Assembly: GCF_001194135.2 (NCBI RefSeq) | Contig: NC_069000.1 | Span: 35,475,727-35,539,726 of the forward strand | Length of the DNA stretch: 64,000 nt | Source: Octopus bimaculoides | Lineage: Eukaryota | Direction: 5' to 3' | Shown: in pieces, positions 1-11,736 of the stretch | Position numbering within the stretch: the stretch's first letter is position 1 | Layout: each line of letters begins with the position of its first letter | Notes under the pieces: generated by a model | The model's database searches: none | Told to the model about the DNA's origin: nothing | The model's input: the letters and a program-made list of their open reading frames with translations, nothing else | Translations under genes and position numbers: made by a program

Positions 1-187
1 TAGCAATTGCAATATAAATTAAGGGTAAAATAACTTTTTACTCTCACCCATTTATTACACTCTTGTGCATTAATAATTGGGTACTCTACCAGCAGTGTAT
101 TGGATAGATATTATCCTTTAGTTGGTTGGATTCACAACCTCTAACTCTCTTGGCATTATATATATATACATACATATGATGATGATG

Positions 188-256
<69 letters not shown>

Positions 257-914
257 CACACATAGCATAACATATATTATTTGCTTTTTCCTAATTTGTA
301 ATTACTTTACATTAGCTCTTTTGCATTCTCTGTTATGCACGGTTAACTGGTTCTATACAGTGTTATTTGTATGTATAACTATTCCTATCAACCATATAAT
401 TAGAATTACTTCTAATTGTGTGTGTGTGTGTTTATATGCTTTTAAAAGCCAGTGGCTGTAAGGCTAAAATGTTGGTCTTAGTCTTAAAGTTGAATCTTAT
501 CACAATGATCGTATTGTGTCTTTATTGTGGCCGCAGGCAAGGTACATAACTCTGTTTGTTCCAGTTTGCTTGATTAACAAGGGAAAAAAAAAATACAGTT
601 TACACTTCTATTTTATGACTGAGTTGTTAGCTGTATGAAAGACATCTAGCTTTAACATTGGTTGCTTCAATTAAATAGACGGAAAGAAAACAAAAGCAGT
701 ATCCCATCTGTGAAAGCATTGAAAACAAAATGTATGCTAAGCAATAATGTGTGTGTGTGTATGTATGTTTCTTATTCAGTTTTATTTCTAGATTTCTTAC
801 CAATCGAGAAAGATCCGCTTTCTAACCTAGATCCAAAGCTCCTTCATTGGAATTTTAAACAACATTAATAAGGTATTTGTGCATGTTTGTGTGTAAGTCT
901 ACAGAGGTGATCCA

Positions 915-1087
915 GAGATTGGTGGTGTGTTTATGTCCCCCGTAACTTAGCAGTTCGACAAAAGAGACTGATAAGAATAAGTACTAGGCTTCCAAAGAAT
1001 AAGTCCTGGAGTCGATTTGCTCGACTAAAGGTGGTGCTCCAGCACGGCCGCAGTCAAATGACTGAAACAAGTAAAAGAGTCTGTTTC
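915..1087 (+). mobile_element. SINE family A, 3' half
   Basis: GTCCCCCGTAACTTAGCAGTTCG...GACTGAAACAAGTAAAAGAG, the same 3' half as the full copies at 11304 and 27061. Confidence 0.8.
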
Positions 1088-1796
1088 NNNNNNNNNNAGC
1101 ACGGCCGCAGTCAAATGACTGAAACAAGTAAAAGAGTCTGTTTCGGCATGGTTTCTACGGCTGGATGCCCTTCCTAACACCAACCACTTCACAGAATGTA
1201 CTGGGTACTTTTATGCGGTACTGGAACCAGTGCTTTAAACATGGCACTAGCACGGTTACTTTTTACGTGGCACAATCACCCACAAGTCTGCAAGATTAGG
1301 ATTGCTCAGCTGAAGAAGGACAAGGAATCTCTGTGTGTGTGCGTGTGCATGCATGTGTATGTGTGTGTCTTTGTCTTCATGTGATAGTTCACAAATATTT
1401 GTTATCACATAAATGTAATATATGTGTTTAGAGATAATCTGTTGCTAAGCATCAACTATTACATCCCTTTGAACATTAATAAACACAACCAACAAAGAAA
1501 TTAATGCATATATTAAAAACAGTGTAACAATTATATAATAAGATTTTTTTAATTAGCATGAGTAGACAGAGTGAAAATAGAAATTAATAAATTAAACAGC
1601 TCCACACTTTATTTCAAAGCTCTATTTCCTACAAAGATCTAAAAGCTAATGGACATTAAAATAAAACATTAAAGTTGTTATTACCTGATAAATATCATAA
1701 ATTATCTGTGGGATGAAAGAAAAATTGATTAAATTTAAAAAACAAACAAAAGCAATTTTTAAAAACTTTTAAGAATTAAAATTTACAATTTAACAA

Positions 1797-2333
1797 TTGA
1801 AAAATTATGCATTTTCTCAGCCGAGGACTGGTAGAAGGTTGGTAATGGGGAAGTGGGAGATAAAGAAAAGAAAAGTCATTTCTTTTGAGGATTGCTTTGG
1901 AAGATTACGAGGTGGTGTTGAAAAGTTCCTGGCATTTGGTTTAGAAAATACAGGAGGATCAGTTAATTATGATTTTATTCAACACATTCCCCTCTCAGAT
2001 TTACACTTATTGCAGTGGTCCTTCAGTTTTTCTAAGCCCTGTAAAAGAACTCAGAAGGTTGGGCCTCCAACCAGGCCTTTTGTTATACTCTTAAAGCCAG
2101 GAATTTTTCAGCATTCTCTCATAATTTGTTCTGCTGGAGGATCATTTGGAGGTTCAATTGCCAAAGAAGAACCACCTGAAGTAAAATGTTCTTGGGTAGT
2201 TTTTTTAAGACATTACCCAGGAGGAATCTCTGTAGAATATTCTTCTGGACAGGCCAAAGTATTGCAATGCTTCGTCTTTTGTTTTTTGCTTCTTCCACTC
2301 ATTGGATGTAGACATGCTGAGGCATCCCTTTGA
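1797..2333 (+). other. Unassigned 178-codon open frame with coding-like 3-base periodicity
   Basis: No stops, third positions mostly A/T, attttctcag acceptor-like site ending at 1820. No recognisable homology. Confidence 0.25.
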
Positions 2334-2494
2334 AGAGTTTTAGTCAAAAAACTCAACGATAGTACTTACATAATTTTTTTTTTATTTTCTTTAAGGCTGC
2401 TATAATAAAAGTCATTTGCCCAAGTGGCTGTGTGGTGGAACTGAACTCAGAACCACATTGTTGCAAAGCAAGCTTCTTAACCACACAGTCAAAC

Positions 2495-2671
2495 ACTTTT
2501 TTTTAACTTTTCAAACCAACCCTTGTTAGCTTTGAATTCTGCTACCTTAGCATTTCTGTCAGTACTAGTATTGGAAACAGCCGTCTAGTAAAGAGACTTA
2601 GCTTTATCAATAAATAATTGTTTCAATCACAGAATAACCCTTTAATGCTTTTCTGTGATCCACACTGACAA
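2495..2671 (-). mobile_element. Tigger/pogo (TIGD1-like) transposase relic, CENP-B-type HTH region
   Basis: Minus strand reads LSVWITEKH*..GYSVIETII/DKAKSLY*TAV...EFKANKGWFEKLKK, matching the Tigger FKAS.GWF..FK motif; has stops and a frameshift. Confidence 0.75.
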
Positions 2672-5074
2672 GGTCACCAAATAACTTGCAATACAAGGAA
2701 ATTTGAGAGGGGAAGGGGGTATTGGAGGAGGTGATCTTATGTCAAATGATGAAAGGTTAGAGTCTGACAGAGGCAGAAACAGGTGTCTTGCTATTGAGGA
2801 GGTACATGGTTACCTGGCCAGAGAGAAGAGAGAGATAGGTAACAAGAAACAGGATAGAGACAGGTGTGCTTCTATAAAGGAGATACTTGGTTACCTCCTT
2901 TATCGTCTTTACATTAGCACACATATATACATATATGAGAGGCGTCTTTCAGTTTCCATCTACCAAATCCACTCATCAGGTATTAGCTGGCCCAAGGCTA
3001 TTGTAGAAGACAAGTGTCTTTGGTACCACATAGTGAGGTTGTACCTAGAACCATGTGGTTGGGAAGCAAGCTTCTTCCCACACAGCCACACCACACCTAA
3101 TAAAAAATAAAGAAGTGAAAAAGCACCAGTGCATGTGTTACTTATTGGTATAATGACGTCCCTACTCCCACCCCCAAGATACAACAAAATATATTTCAAC
3201 ATACATATTGCAACATCAAGAATCTTGCAGAAAAATGCAAAAACAAAATGGCAAAGTTATTTTCCTAAATTCTTTGTTATTTCTAAAATTAACTGAAACA
3301 AAGCCAGTGGATTTGAACGGAAGTACAGTGATGGAAGGGTTAAACTAGCAAATATCTTTGGCCACCAATTCACATTTTAGCTCATCTTTTCTTTTCAAAA
3401 CTGTGCATTTAACCTATCCTTACACCACACTAAATTAATGCCACTTTCTCTTAGAAATAAGTTCTTTCTTTTATTTCTTCATTAATGTTCTTTGATACAG
3501 TTTTTCCTTCTGGCATGGTGAATATTTTTTTATTAAAAAAGATAAACCAAAACACTGATTTTTTTCCTTGAAAAAATTCCGTTGCTTTCTGCCTCAAATG
3601 ATTTAACAAACCAAAATGATCCCACAAATTCATAGGAGTTGAAAAAAGAAAATTGAATGGTAATTTTAGAGATCAATTTATTTTGATTTGTGGAGGCAGT
3701 GCAGTTCTCCAGTAGCAACCAATTCTTATGGCCAGACTCCAGCAGCCTTAATTTTCATTCATTATTTTTGTATGGAACTCATTTCTTTGACATGGTTTTT
3801 ATTCATTGCTCAGTTAATGGAAAAGATTTTCATTAACAGAAATGTTTGTTACCACAGGCTTATTTGTGTGTGTGCGTGTGTGTGTGTGTGTGTAGAAATT
3901 ATGAGTGTGAGTACATGTACAACTGATACTGTTATGTTTGGAACTTCACATAAATTTTTATCATAATCCAATCATATACACAATGTAACCACACACACAC
4001 ATGCTGTTGGTGATTTCTTTTCCCTTGGACTTTTCTCTTTCTCCTTTCCAGCAAAGAGCTAAGCTCGAAACATCAAGCTCTCTCTTTTCGCCAAGCATCA
4101 AGCTAATACCTTTTTTATGCATGTCCTCTTCTTGTCCGTTAATTTTATTATTCTTTTTTTTTAATTGATTGTTTATTTCAATTGACTATATATTCACCAT
4201 GATAGATTGCTAGCCACTACACATTCTTTATTTTCTCTCTTTATTTTCTCTCCTTGTTTCTTTCCATGTTCCTTTCTGTGGAAGAGCGTAGGCTCGAAAC
4301 GTTAAAGACTTTTTACACTTCCCAAGCGTTAAACTAATACATCTGTTTGTTGTCTACACCACCTGTCTTCGTCTTTTGTTTTTTTTGTGAATTCTCCTTT
4401 TATATATACATATCTGTGTGTGATGTATGTGCATCTATATCATCATCATTATCATCATCATTGTTTAATATCTGCTTTCCATGCAGGCATGGGCTGGACG
4501 GTTTGACTGACGACTGGCAAGCCAGGAGGATGCACCATACTCCAGTCTGATCACATACATTATTTTTCACTATAAATCTACAGCATGTTGAAACGAGGAA
4601 AGCAAGCTAACAGAAATTTTTTTTTAATTCCGTTATCATGGCCACTAATAAAATATATATATGTGTGCATGTGTGTGCATACATGTATGTGTGTATGTAC
4701 ATACACGTTTGAGAGAGAGACAGACTGATAGACAGAAACAGAACAAATACTGCAAATACTAAACCACCACCTCCCTCTCAATACTACTCCCCTCTCTTAG
4801 TTGAGGTTTTTTTTTATCTGATAAGATATTTGGTAATTCTGTTGGTGATGGTGCCACATTGAAATGACACCAGTGCTGGTGCCATGTAAAAAAGCACCCA
4901 GTACACTCTGTAAAGCGGTTGACATTTTGAAGGGCATCCAGCTGTAGAAACCATGCCACAACAGACAATAGAACCTGGTATGGCTCCCAGCCTTGCCAGT
5001 TCCAGTCAAACCTTCCAATCCATACCAGCATGAAAAGCAGACGTTAAATGATGGTTGTTATTGTTATTATTATT

Positions 5075-5750
5075 CAGTAGTTTTATTTTTACAACGTGCT
5101 TTCACTTCACTACCGAGCGCAGCTCTGTGTGCCTTGGGTATGTGCTGTGGTTTGCTGTGATGCTCNNNNNNNNNNCGCAGCTCTGTGTGCCTTGGGTATG
5201 TGCTGTGGTTTGCTGTGATGCTCTTATGGTTACTGTATTGAAAGTGTTTTGCGTAGGATGTGTGCAGTACCTAGTAGAGCAATTTTATGTATGTTATATA
5301 TGTTGGTAAGTCCTGGTGTTTTTGTTATGTATTTGTCTGAATATTTTTTTATTATACCTAAGGCGCCTACTATGATAGGAATTGTTTCTGTTTTTAGATA
5401 CCACATTTGAGTTACCTCTATTTCCAGGTCTTTGTATTTTGAAAGTTTCTCCATTTCTTTTAGGGAAACGTCATCTGCTGGTATTGATACATCAATTAGA
5501 AAGCATTTTTTTTTCTTCATGATCTCTGACAACTATATCTGGCCTATTGGCCTTAATTTCTCTATCTGTGTGTATTGACATATCCCAGAGTATGGTTGCT
5601 TTCTCATTTTCTGTNNNNNNNNNNTGGCGTATGCCTATACCATCTTTTTTCTATTGTTATTCCATAGTGTTGGCATAGCTTCTAGTGTATGTAGGTCCCA
5701 GCTCTGTCGTGTCTGTGAATATATTCCTTCTTAGCCAGGACTGGGCAGCC
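5075..5750 (-). mobile_element. Dong/R4-clade non-LTR retrotransposon 3' fragment (restriction-like endonuclease, 3' UTR, AAT tail)
   Basis: GCPVLAKKEYIHRHD...ANRPDIVV...LIDVSIP...EKLSKYKDL...IPIIVGALG...KIALLGTAHILRK. Confidence 0.88.
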
Positions 5751-6284
5751 ATTATTATTACTATTATTATTATAAATGCGGTGAGCTGACAGAATCACTG
5801 ACACAATGGGCAAAATTCTGAGTGGCATTTCGTCCATCTTTAGAATGTGGGTTCAAATGCTGCCAAGGTCGACTTTGCCTTTCATTCTTTCGGAGTCAAT
5901 GAAATAAGTACCAGTTATGCACTAGGGTTGATGTAATTGCCTCAACCCCTCCCCCAAAAAGTGCTGCCCTTGTGACAAAAATTTGAAACCATTATTATTA
6001 TTATTATTATTGTTATTATTATTATTATCATTATTAAAAAAATAAAAGTGACAAGCTGGCAGAATTGTTAACATGCTGTGCAAAAGGCTTAGCTTCTGGT
6101 TTTACATTCTGAGTTCAAATTCCCCCTAGGTCAGGTCTGCATTTCATCCTTCCAGAGTTGATAAAATAAGTACCAATCGAGTACTGCAGTTGATATAATC
6201 AATTTATCCTTTGCCCTCAAAATTTCTCTCCTTGTGCCTAAATTTGAAATCTTTATTAAAATGAAAGAAATTCTGTCATTTCAG

Positions 6285-6448
6285 GTCCTCGCTGTGTCGT
6301 GCAGATTGGTGAGAAAATCGTTCACTACAATGAAGCCTTCAAAGTGTACCTTGCCACCAGAAATTCCAGTCTGCAAATACCTCCAGATGCAAGGTCCATC
6401 ATGACTGAGGTGAACTTCACTACGACAGCAGCTGGACTCACCAGCCAG
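6285..6448 (+). CDS. DYNC2H1: DYNC2H1 exon (AAA5): (G)PRCVVQIGEKIVHYNEAFKVYLATRNSSLQIPPDARSIMTEVNFTTTAAGLTSQ
   Basis: tttcag acceptor, CAG/gtaaaa donor; 164 nt, phase 1 to 0. Confidence 0.95.
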
Positions 6449-6530
6449 GTAAAACGGTTTTGCTTCTTCCATCAAAACATTTTGCTAACAATATGGATAA
6501 ATGGGTAGACGCCTCAAGGGAAACATTCAT

Positions 6531-6562
<32 letters not shown>

Positions 6563-7487
6563 TCATCTTCTTCACCACGTCCACCATCATAATCATCTTC
6601 ATCACCACCACCACCATCATCAACTTAGCAGCTTAGCGTTATTTCGTCTGCCCTTATGTTCTGAGTTCAAATTCTGCTGAAATCAACTTTGCCTTTCATC
6701 CTTTTGGAGTCGATACATTAAGTACCAGTTACACACTGGGTCGATGTAATCGACTTAATCCCTTTGTCTGTCCTAGTGTGTCCCCTCTATGTTTAGCCCC
6801 TTGTGGGCAATAAAGAAATAAGAAACATTCGTACGCCAGGCGAAATGCTTAGCGGTATTTCGTCCATCTTTGTGTTCCGAGTTCAAATTCCGTCGAGGTC
6901 AACTTTGCCTTTCATCCTTTCAGGGTTGATAAATTAAGTACCAGTTGCATACTGGGATTGATCTAATCAACTGGCCCCCTCCCCCAAAATTTCAGCCCTT
7001 GTGCCTAGAGTAGAAAAGAATATTCCGTAAGCTGGCAGAAACATTAGCCTGCCAAGTGAAATGCTTAGCAGCAGTTCATCTGTTATCACATTCTGAGTAC
7101 AAATGCTGCTGAGGTGAACTTTGCCTTTCATCCTTTTGGGGTTGATAAAATAAGTACCAGTTATGCACTGGGGTCGATGTAATAGACTTACACCTCCACT
7201 GAACTTGACGGTTTTGTGCCAAAATTTGAAGCCAATATTCTGTGCAAACATGTCTAGTTATGAGGAAGTTTACCTTGCTTGGAAGCATGTGAAAGTTGGC
7301 AACAGAAAGTGCATCTGGCTGTAGAATATCTACCTCAATAAATGACAGAAGCTGCTTCTGCTGCCATGGCTGAAATATGGAAAATACAAAAGAACCTTTA
7401 TCAAATTTTCAGATTCTGCTTCAAAATTACTGAAAGAAATAAAGTAATTAATCGATTGTTCTGTTTTTCTTTATTGATATTCCCCAG

Positions 7488-7607
7488 CTATTGGCACAGA
7501 CCATCCAGCATGAGAAACCACAACTGGAAGTTCGCAAGACACAACTGTTGCAGCAGGAAGAAGAGTTAAAAATACAGCTGGCAAAACTTGAAGAATCACT
7601 TCTTGAA
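7488..7607 (+). CDS. DYNC2H1: DYNC2H1 exon: LLAQTIQHEKPQLEVRKTQLLQQEEELKIQLAKLEESLLE
   Basis: ttccccag acceptor, gtaagt donor; 120 nt, phase 0-0. Confidence 0.96.
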
Positions 7608-8660
7608 GTAAGTTTCCTTTGGTCTTCCTAAAAGTTCTGTGCTCTTAAAGAAAAAATAACAGTAAGACAAAAAAAAATGAGGTTACTGTGTACATTTTTG
7701 GTGTTGATAATGTTATGATGGAAAATGGTAGCAAGCTGATAAACTCATTAACATGCTTAGCAGCATTTCATTTGTTTTTACATTTTGAGTTCAAATTCTG
7801 CCAAGGTCAACTTTGCCTTTCACCCTTTCAAGGTTGATAAAATAAGTACCAGTTAAACACTGGGATCAATGTAATTGACTTCCCCCGCCCTCGAAATTGC
7901 AGGCCTTGAGCCAAAATTTGAAACCAATGTTGTTATGGTGGAGGAAAATAATATTATCATGGAGAATCTCAAGCTGGCAGAATTTTTAACATACCAGGCA
8001 AGATGCTTAGCAGCACTTCATCCGTCTATGTTCTGTGTTCAAATTCAACCAAGGCTAACTTTGTCTTTCATCCTTTCTAGGTTGATAAAACAAGCACCAG
8101 TTGAGCACTGGGGTTGATGTAATTGTCTTACCCCATCACCCTGAAATTGCTGGCCTGGTGCCAAAATTTGAAATGAATATTGTTACTGTGAAGGGCTGGA
8201 CAGAATCAGTAGTGCATTGGACAGAATGCTTAGTGACAATTTCTTCTGGCTATTTACATTCTAAGCTCAAATCCAGCCTCAGCTAACTTTGTATTCATCC
8301 TCTCAGGGTCAATGAAATGAAGAATCAATCATGTACTGGGGTCAGTGTAGTTAACTTGGCCCCACTCCCTTAAAAAATCACTGGCCTTGTGTCAAAATTA
8401 GTAAGAAAGTACTAACAAGTTGACTGGTTGTGTAAAAGTGAAATATAGAATTTATACTGTGTACAACACCAACTTTCCAGTCATTAATGATCCAGACCCT
8501 TTTATAATCCACACTAATCTACAAGCAGGAACTTCAAATTCCCAGAGCCACCAGACTAGTTTGAACAGCCTAGTAACCTGCACCTTACAGTATTAATAAA
8601 CTCATATCATTTATACTTACTAATGCACAGATACCTGTATTTTATTTAATTATTTAAGTA

Positions 8661-9068
8661 AATTTAAAAATCACTTCTTTAACTTTCTAAGACATCTCAA
8701 TGCTTCTAAAAGCAAACTTCATTTGTTTGTTTATGTTTATCGTAATTTGAATTTAACGTATGATAGCATCTCATAAAGAGAGATTTCTATACATTTTAAA
8801 TTTGCAGAAGAATTTGTCATGAGGGCAATTTAGCTTAATGGTTTAGAGCACCGTGATGCATAATCACGGAGGTGTGAGTTCGAGTCTCATAGTCAGCCGC
8901 CAACACTTTTTTCTGCAAAATAGGGGTAGCTTATCCTGTTCAGGCTATATTATTAGCATTATCCTGCGTTTGAGAATTTAAAATCACTTCTTTAACTTTC
9001 TAAGACATCTCAACACTTCTAAAAGCAAAGTTCGTTTGTTTGTTTACGTTTATCGTAATTTGAATTTA
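8661..9068. repeat. About 95-bp direct repeat pair (8661-8756 and 8975-9068) flanking the tRNA-like unit
   Basis: AATTTAAAA(A)TCACTTCTTTAACTTTCTAAGACATCTCAA..CTTCTAAAAGCAAA...GTTTATCGTAATTTGAATTTAA occurs twice with few substitutions. Confidence 0.9.
8824..8898 (+). pseudogene. tRNA-Met(CAT)-like element (tRNA pseudogene or SINE head)
   Basis: D arm GCTT/GAGC, anticodon arm CCGTGA-tgCATaa-TCACGG, T arm GTGAG-TTCGAGT-CTCAT, T6 run at 8907-8912. The acceptor stem is broken (3 mismatches). Confidence 0.65.
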
Positions 9069-9074
9069 ATATTT

Positions 9075-9290
9075 AATATTAAACGAATGGTTTGTGGCAT
9101 AAAGAAGATCTGTTTGGAAGGCATCATTAATGGAAAAAGGGGCAGAAGTTGGAAAGATAACATCACAGCATGGACTGGTCTTGACATAATTTCCCTGAAC
9201 ACTCTTGCCAAAGATTGAAAACTGTGGAGGCAACTATCTCATGTTGGTGTGAATTCTACCACAGACAGAAATAACAAGAAATGAATAAGT
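9075..9290 (+). mobile_element. RTE-clade LINE ORF2 C-terminal relic
   Basis: IKRMVCGIKKICLEGIINGKRGRSWKDNITAWTGL...AKD*KLWR resembles the RTE end motif EG...GKR.RGR...W.D.I..WTG. Confidence 0.7.
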
Positions 9291-9620
9291 GAAGTTTTTT
9301 TTAGTTTTTTTTAGTTTAGAGTGTGTTGACCAAGGTGACTACCCCTGTTCAGAAAAATTTGTATTCCAGAAAGGCTCTGGAACCTTTGGTTCCAGAAAAC
9401 CAATGTTGTAATTGTATTACTGAGAGGCTGTAAAGGGCAAACTACAAGTGAAGAACACAATTGTCTTTATTAATATTCCTTCATTACTCTTATAAGATGT
9501 CAGCATTATTAGAATTGTATAAGATTCAAGTATTGAAGATCCACTATTTTAATCAATTTTCTCTTCCATCTGACACTGACAATTTGATTTCAACTTGACC
9601 TTATGTTTAATAATTAACAG

Positions 9621-9755
9621 GAACTGGCCAATGCTAAAGGCAACATCTTGGAGAATAAGGAACTCTTGGCATCACTGAACAAGATGAAAGCTAGCAGTAA
9701 CACAGTGACGGAATCACTGCAAGAGTCTGTGCAATTACAGACTGCTTTGGATCAA
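9621..9755 (+). CDS. DYNC2H1: DYNC2H1 exon (strut coiled coil): ELANAKGNILENKELLASLNKMKASSNTVTESLQESVQLQTALDQ
   Basis: ttaacag acceptor, gtaagt donor; 135 nt. Confidence 0.95.
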
Positions 9756-9901
9756 GTAAGTTATATGTTTCTTTTTATTGAATTAGATTGAAGCATTTCA
9801 TAGAAGTTTAGCATGATTCTGTAACGTAAGTTTTTAAACAAAAGAACATAAAGATGAGTGTTTTCTTCAAACGCTCATATTTCATATTTCAAAACTATTT
9901 C

Positions 9902-9932
<31 letters not shown>

Positions 9933-10080
9933 CGGCTTGGTTTACTAACTGATGATCAAAAATGAGAAGTGAATAACTCTGAATGGTGGAATCTAAAGCC
10001 GTTCAGCTATAAGGTATTAAAGAGTAATCTACATTTGCATTGAGCCCTGCAATGTATTGTTTCTGGGGAATCAATAGATT

Positions 10081-10159
<79 letters not shown>

Positions 10160-11303
10160 GTATAGATTCAGGTGAATATGGTACTTAAGTTTAGGCACCA
10201 GAATTAAGAATGGTATTATCCATACAGTTTCAAAATAAGGTGATTAAAGTCAAAATAAGCAACAAGGATATCCAAAGTTAATGCAGTACGATCTGTTTCA
10301 GGCGAATTCATTTAATTAAGCAATGTGAGCATTACATCAAATATAAAACGCAGAGCAATCCTCAGCTGCACAAAGGTATAGAAATTTAATGAAATTATAT
10401 TTAAACAGAAGGACATATTCTTATAACTACATCTAAACTCTCCAAGTAGAAAGGAAGAATACAAAAAACCATTTTGACTTAACCAAACCATACAGGCTAG
10501 TGATATGTCTCTAGTATAAACACGGCTTGTATTGAAAATACAAAGGACTCGATAATTGATCAATAAAGTTTATTAATCAATGCATCAAATGCACTTTGTC
10601 CCATATCAGAATTAAACAGAAAATTCCAGTAAGGTGATATACGCCATACAGTTCAAGTTTGAAAGCAACAAATGTTGCTTAGTATGTGATAATCGAGCCT
10701 GTAAATAAAAGGAACAGAAGAGATAGTCAAGCTCTACAACTGTTTCAAAGGGACATTGGATGAATATTATGAAACATTATGAATGTTTCATAGCTATCCA
10801 ATGTCTTTTCATGAGGTATATGCAACCATTCTGTTGAAGATTATCTGTTATAATGAATCATACACAAAAACAAAACACAGGCTAGGAGAGACATGCACAT
10901 TTTAAGAATCAAAAAAACAAAAAAAAGAGTCAGTGATGTCGGGTATGGCTGTGTGGTAAGAAGTTCACTTCCCAAACACATAGAGTCTTGCATTTAGTCT
11001 TACAATACAGCACTTTGGGCAACTGTCTTCTACTGTAGACCTGTACTGAGTAGGTGAGAATAGAAACTGAAAGAAGCCCATCATATATGTGATAGTTGTA
11101 ACTATCACCATCACTCAAGTCATGTCTTTCATTTCCAATCTTCCATGAAAACATGTCTGATAAGTGAGTATGAATAAGGGTTGGTAATGGGAAAGGCATC
11201 CTGCTGGAGAAAAAGCACTTCATCAAATTCCATCCAATCCTTACCAGCATGGAAAAATAAACATTAAAGCACTGATGATGATATACATATATATATACAC
11301 ACA

Positions 11304-11468
11304 CAGGCATGGCTGTGTGGTAAGAAGTTTGCTTCCCAACCACATGGTTCCAGGTTCAGTCCCACTATGTGGCACCTTGGGCAAGTGCCTTTTACTATAG
11401 CCTTGGGCCAACCAAAGCCTTGTGAGTGGATTTGGTAGATGGAAACTGAAAGAAGCTTGTTATGTGTG

Positions 11469-11501
<33 letters not shown>

Positions 11502-11736
11502 ATGTATAGATCTTTATGTGTTTGTCTTTGCATCTGTTTGTCCCCCATCACCACTTGACAACTGGTGTTTGTGTGTTTATGTCCCTGTAACTTAGTGGTT
11601 TGGTAAAAGAGACCAACAGAATAAGTACAAGGCTTAAAGAATAAGTCCTGGGATCGATTTCTTCAACTAAAATCTTTCAAGGTGGTGCTCCAGCATGGCC
11701 ACAGTTCGACGACTGAAACAAGTAAAAGAATAAGAG
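11304..11736 (+). mobile_element. Full-length tRNA-derived SINE, family A
   Basis: A-box-like TGGCTGTGTGG, B-box-like GGTTCAGTCCC, central (TA)/(TG) microsatellite, tail GACTGAAACAAGTAAAAG. Resembles the described octopus SINEs (OK/OR types); family assignment not verified. Confidence 0.88.

Larger units (their letters stand above)
5777..8405 (+). mobile_element. Cluster of about 8 same-orientation family B SINE copies around two exons
   Basis: Repeated GAGCTGGCAG...GAGTTCAAAT...CTTTGCCTTTCATCCTTT.GGGGT.GAT.AA.TAAGTACCAGTT at about 5777, 6045, 6630, 6820, 7020, 7730, 7965 and 8200. Confidence 0.85.

Noticed and set aside
1041-1144. 47-bp direct repeat around a 10-N gap
   Set aside because: Exact duplication on both sides of a placeholder gap is an unmerged contig overlap
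3480-3850. Possible coding block (short ORFs on both strands)
   Set aside because: No recognisable motif, no convincing splice pair, and stops in all long readings
5118-5223. 48-bp direct repeat around a 10-N gap
   Set aside because: Same assembly artefact
8824-8898. Functional tRNA-Met gene
   Set aside because: The acceptor stem has three mismatches and position 33 is not U, so it is called tRNA-like instead
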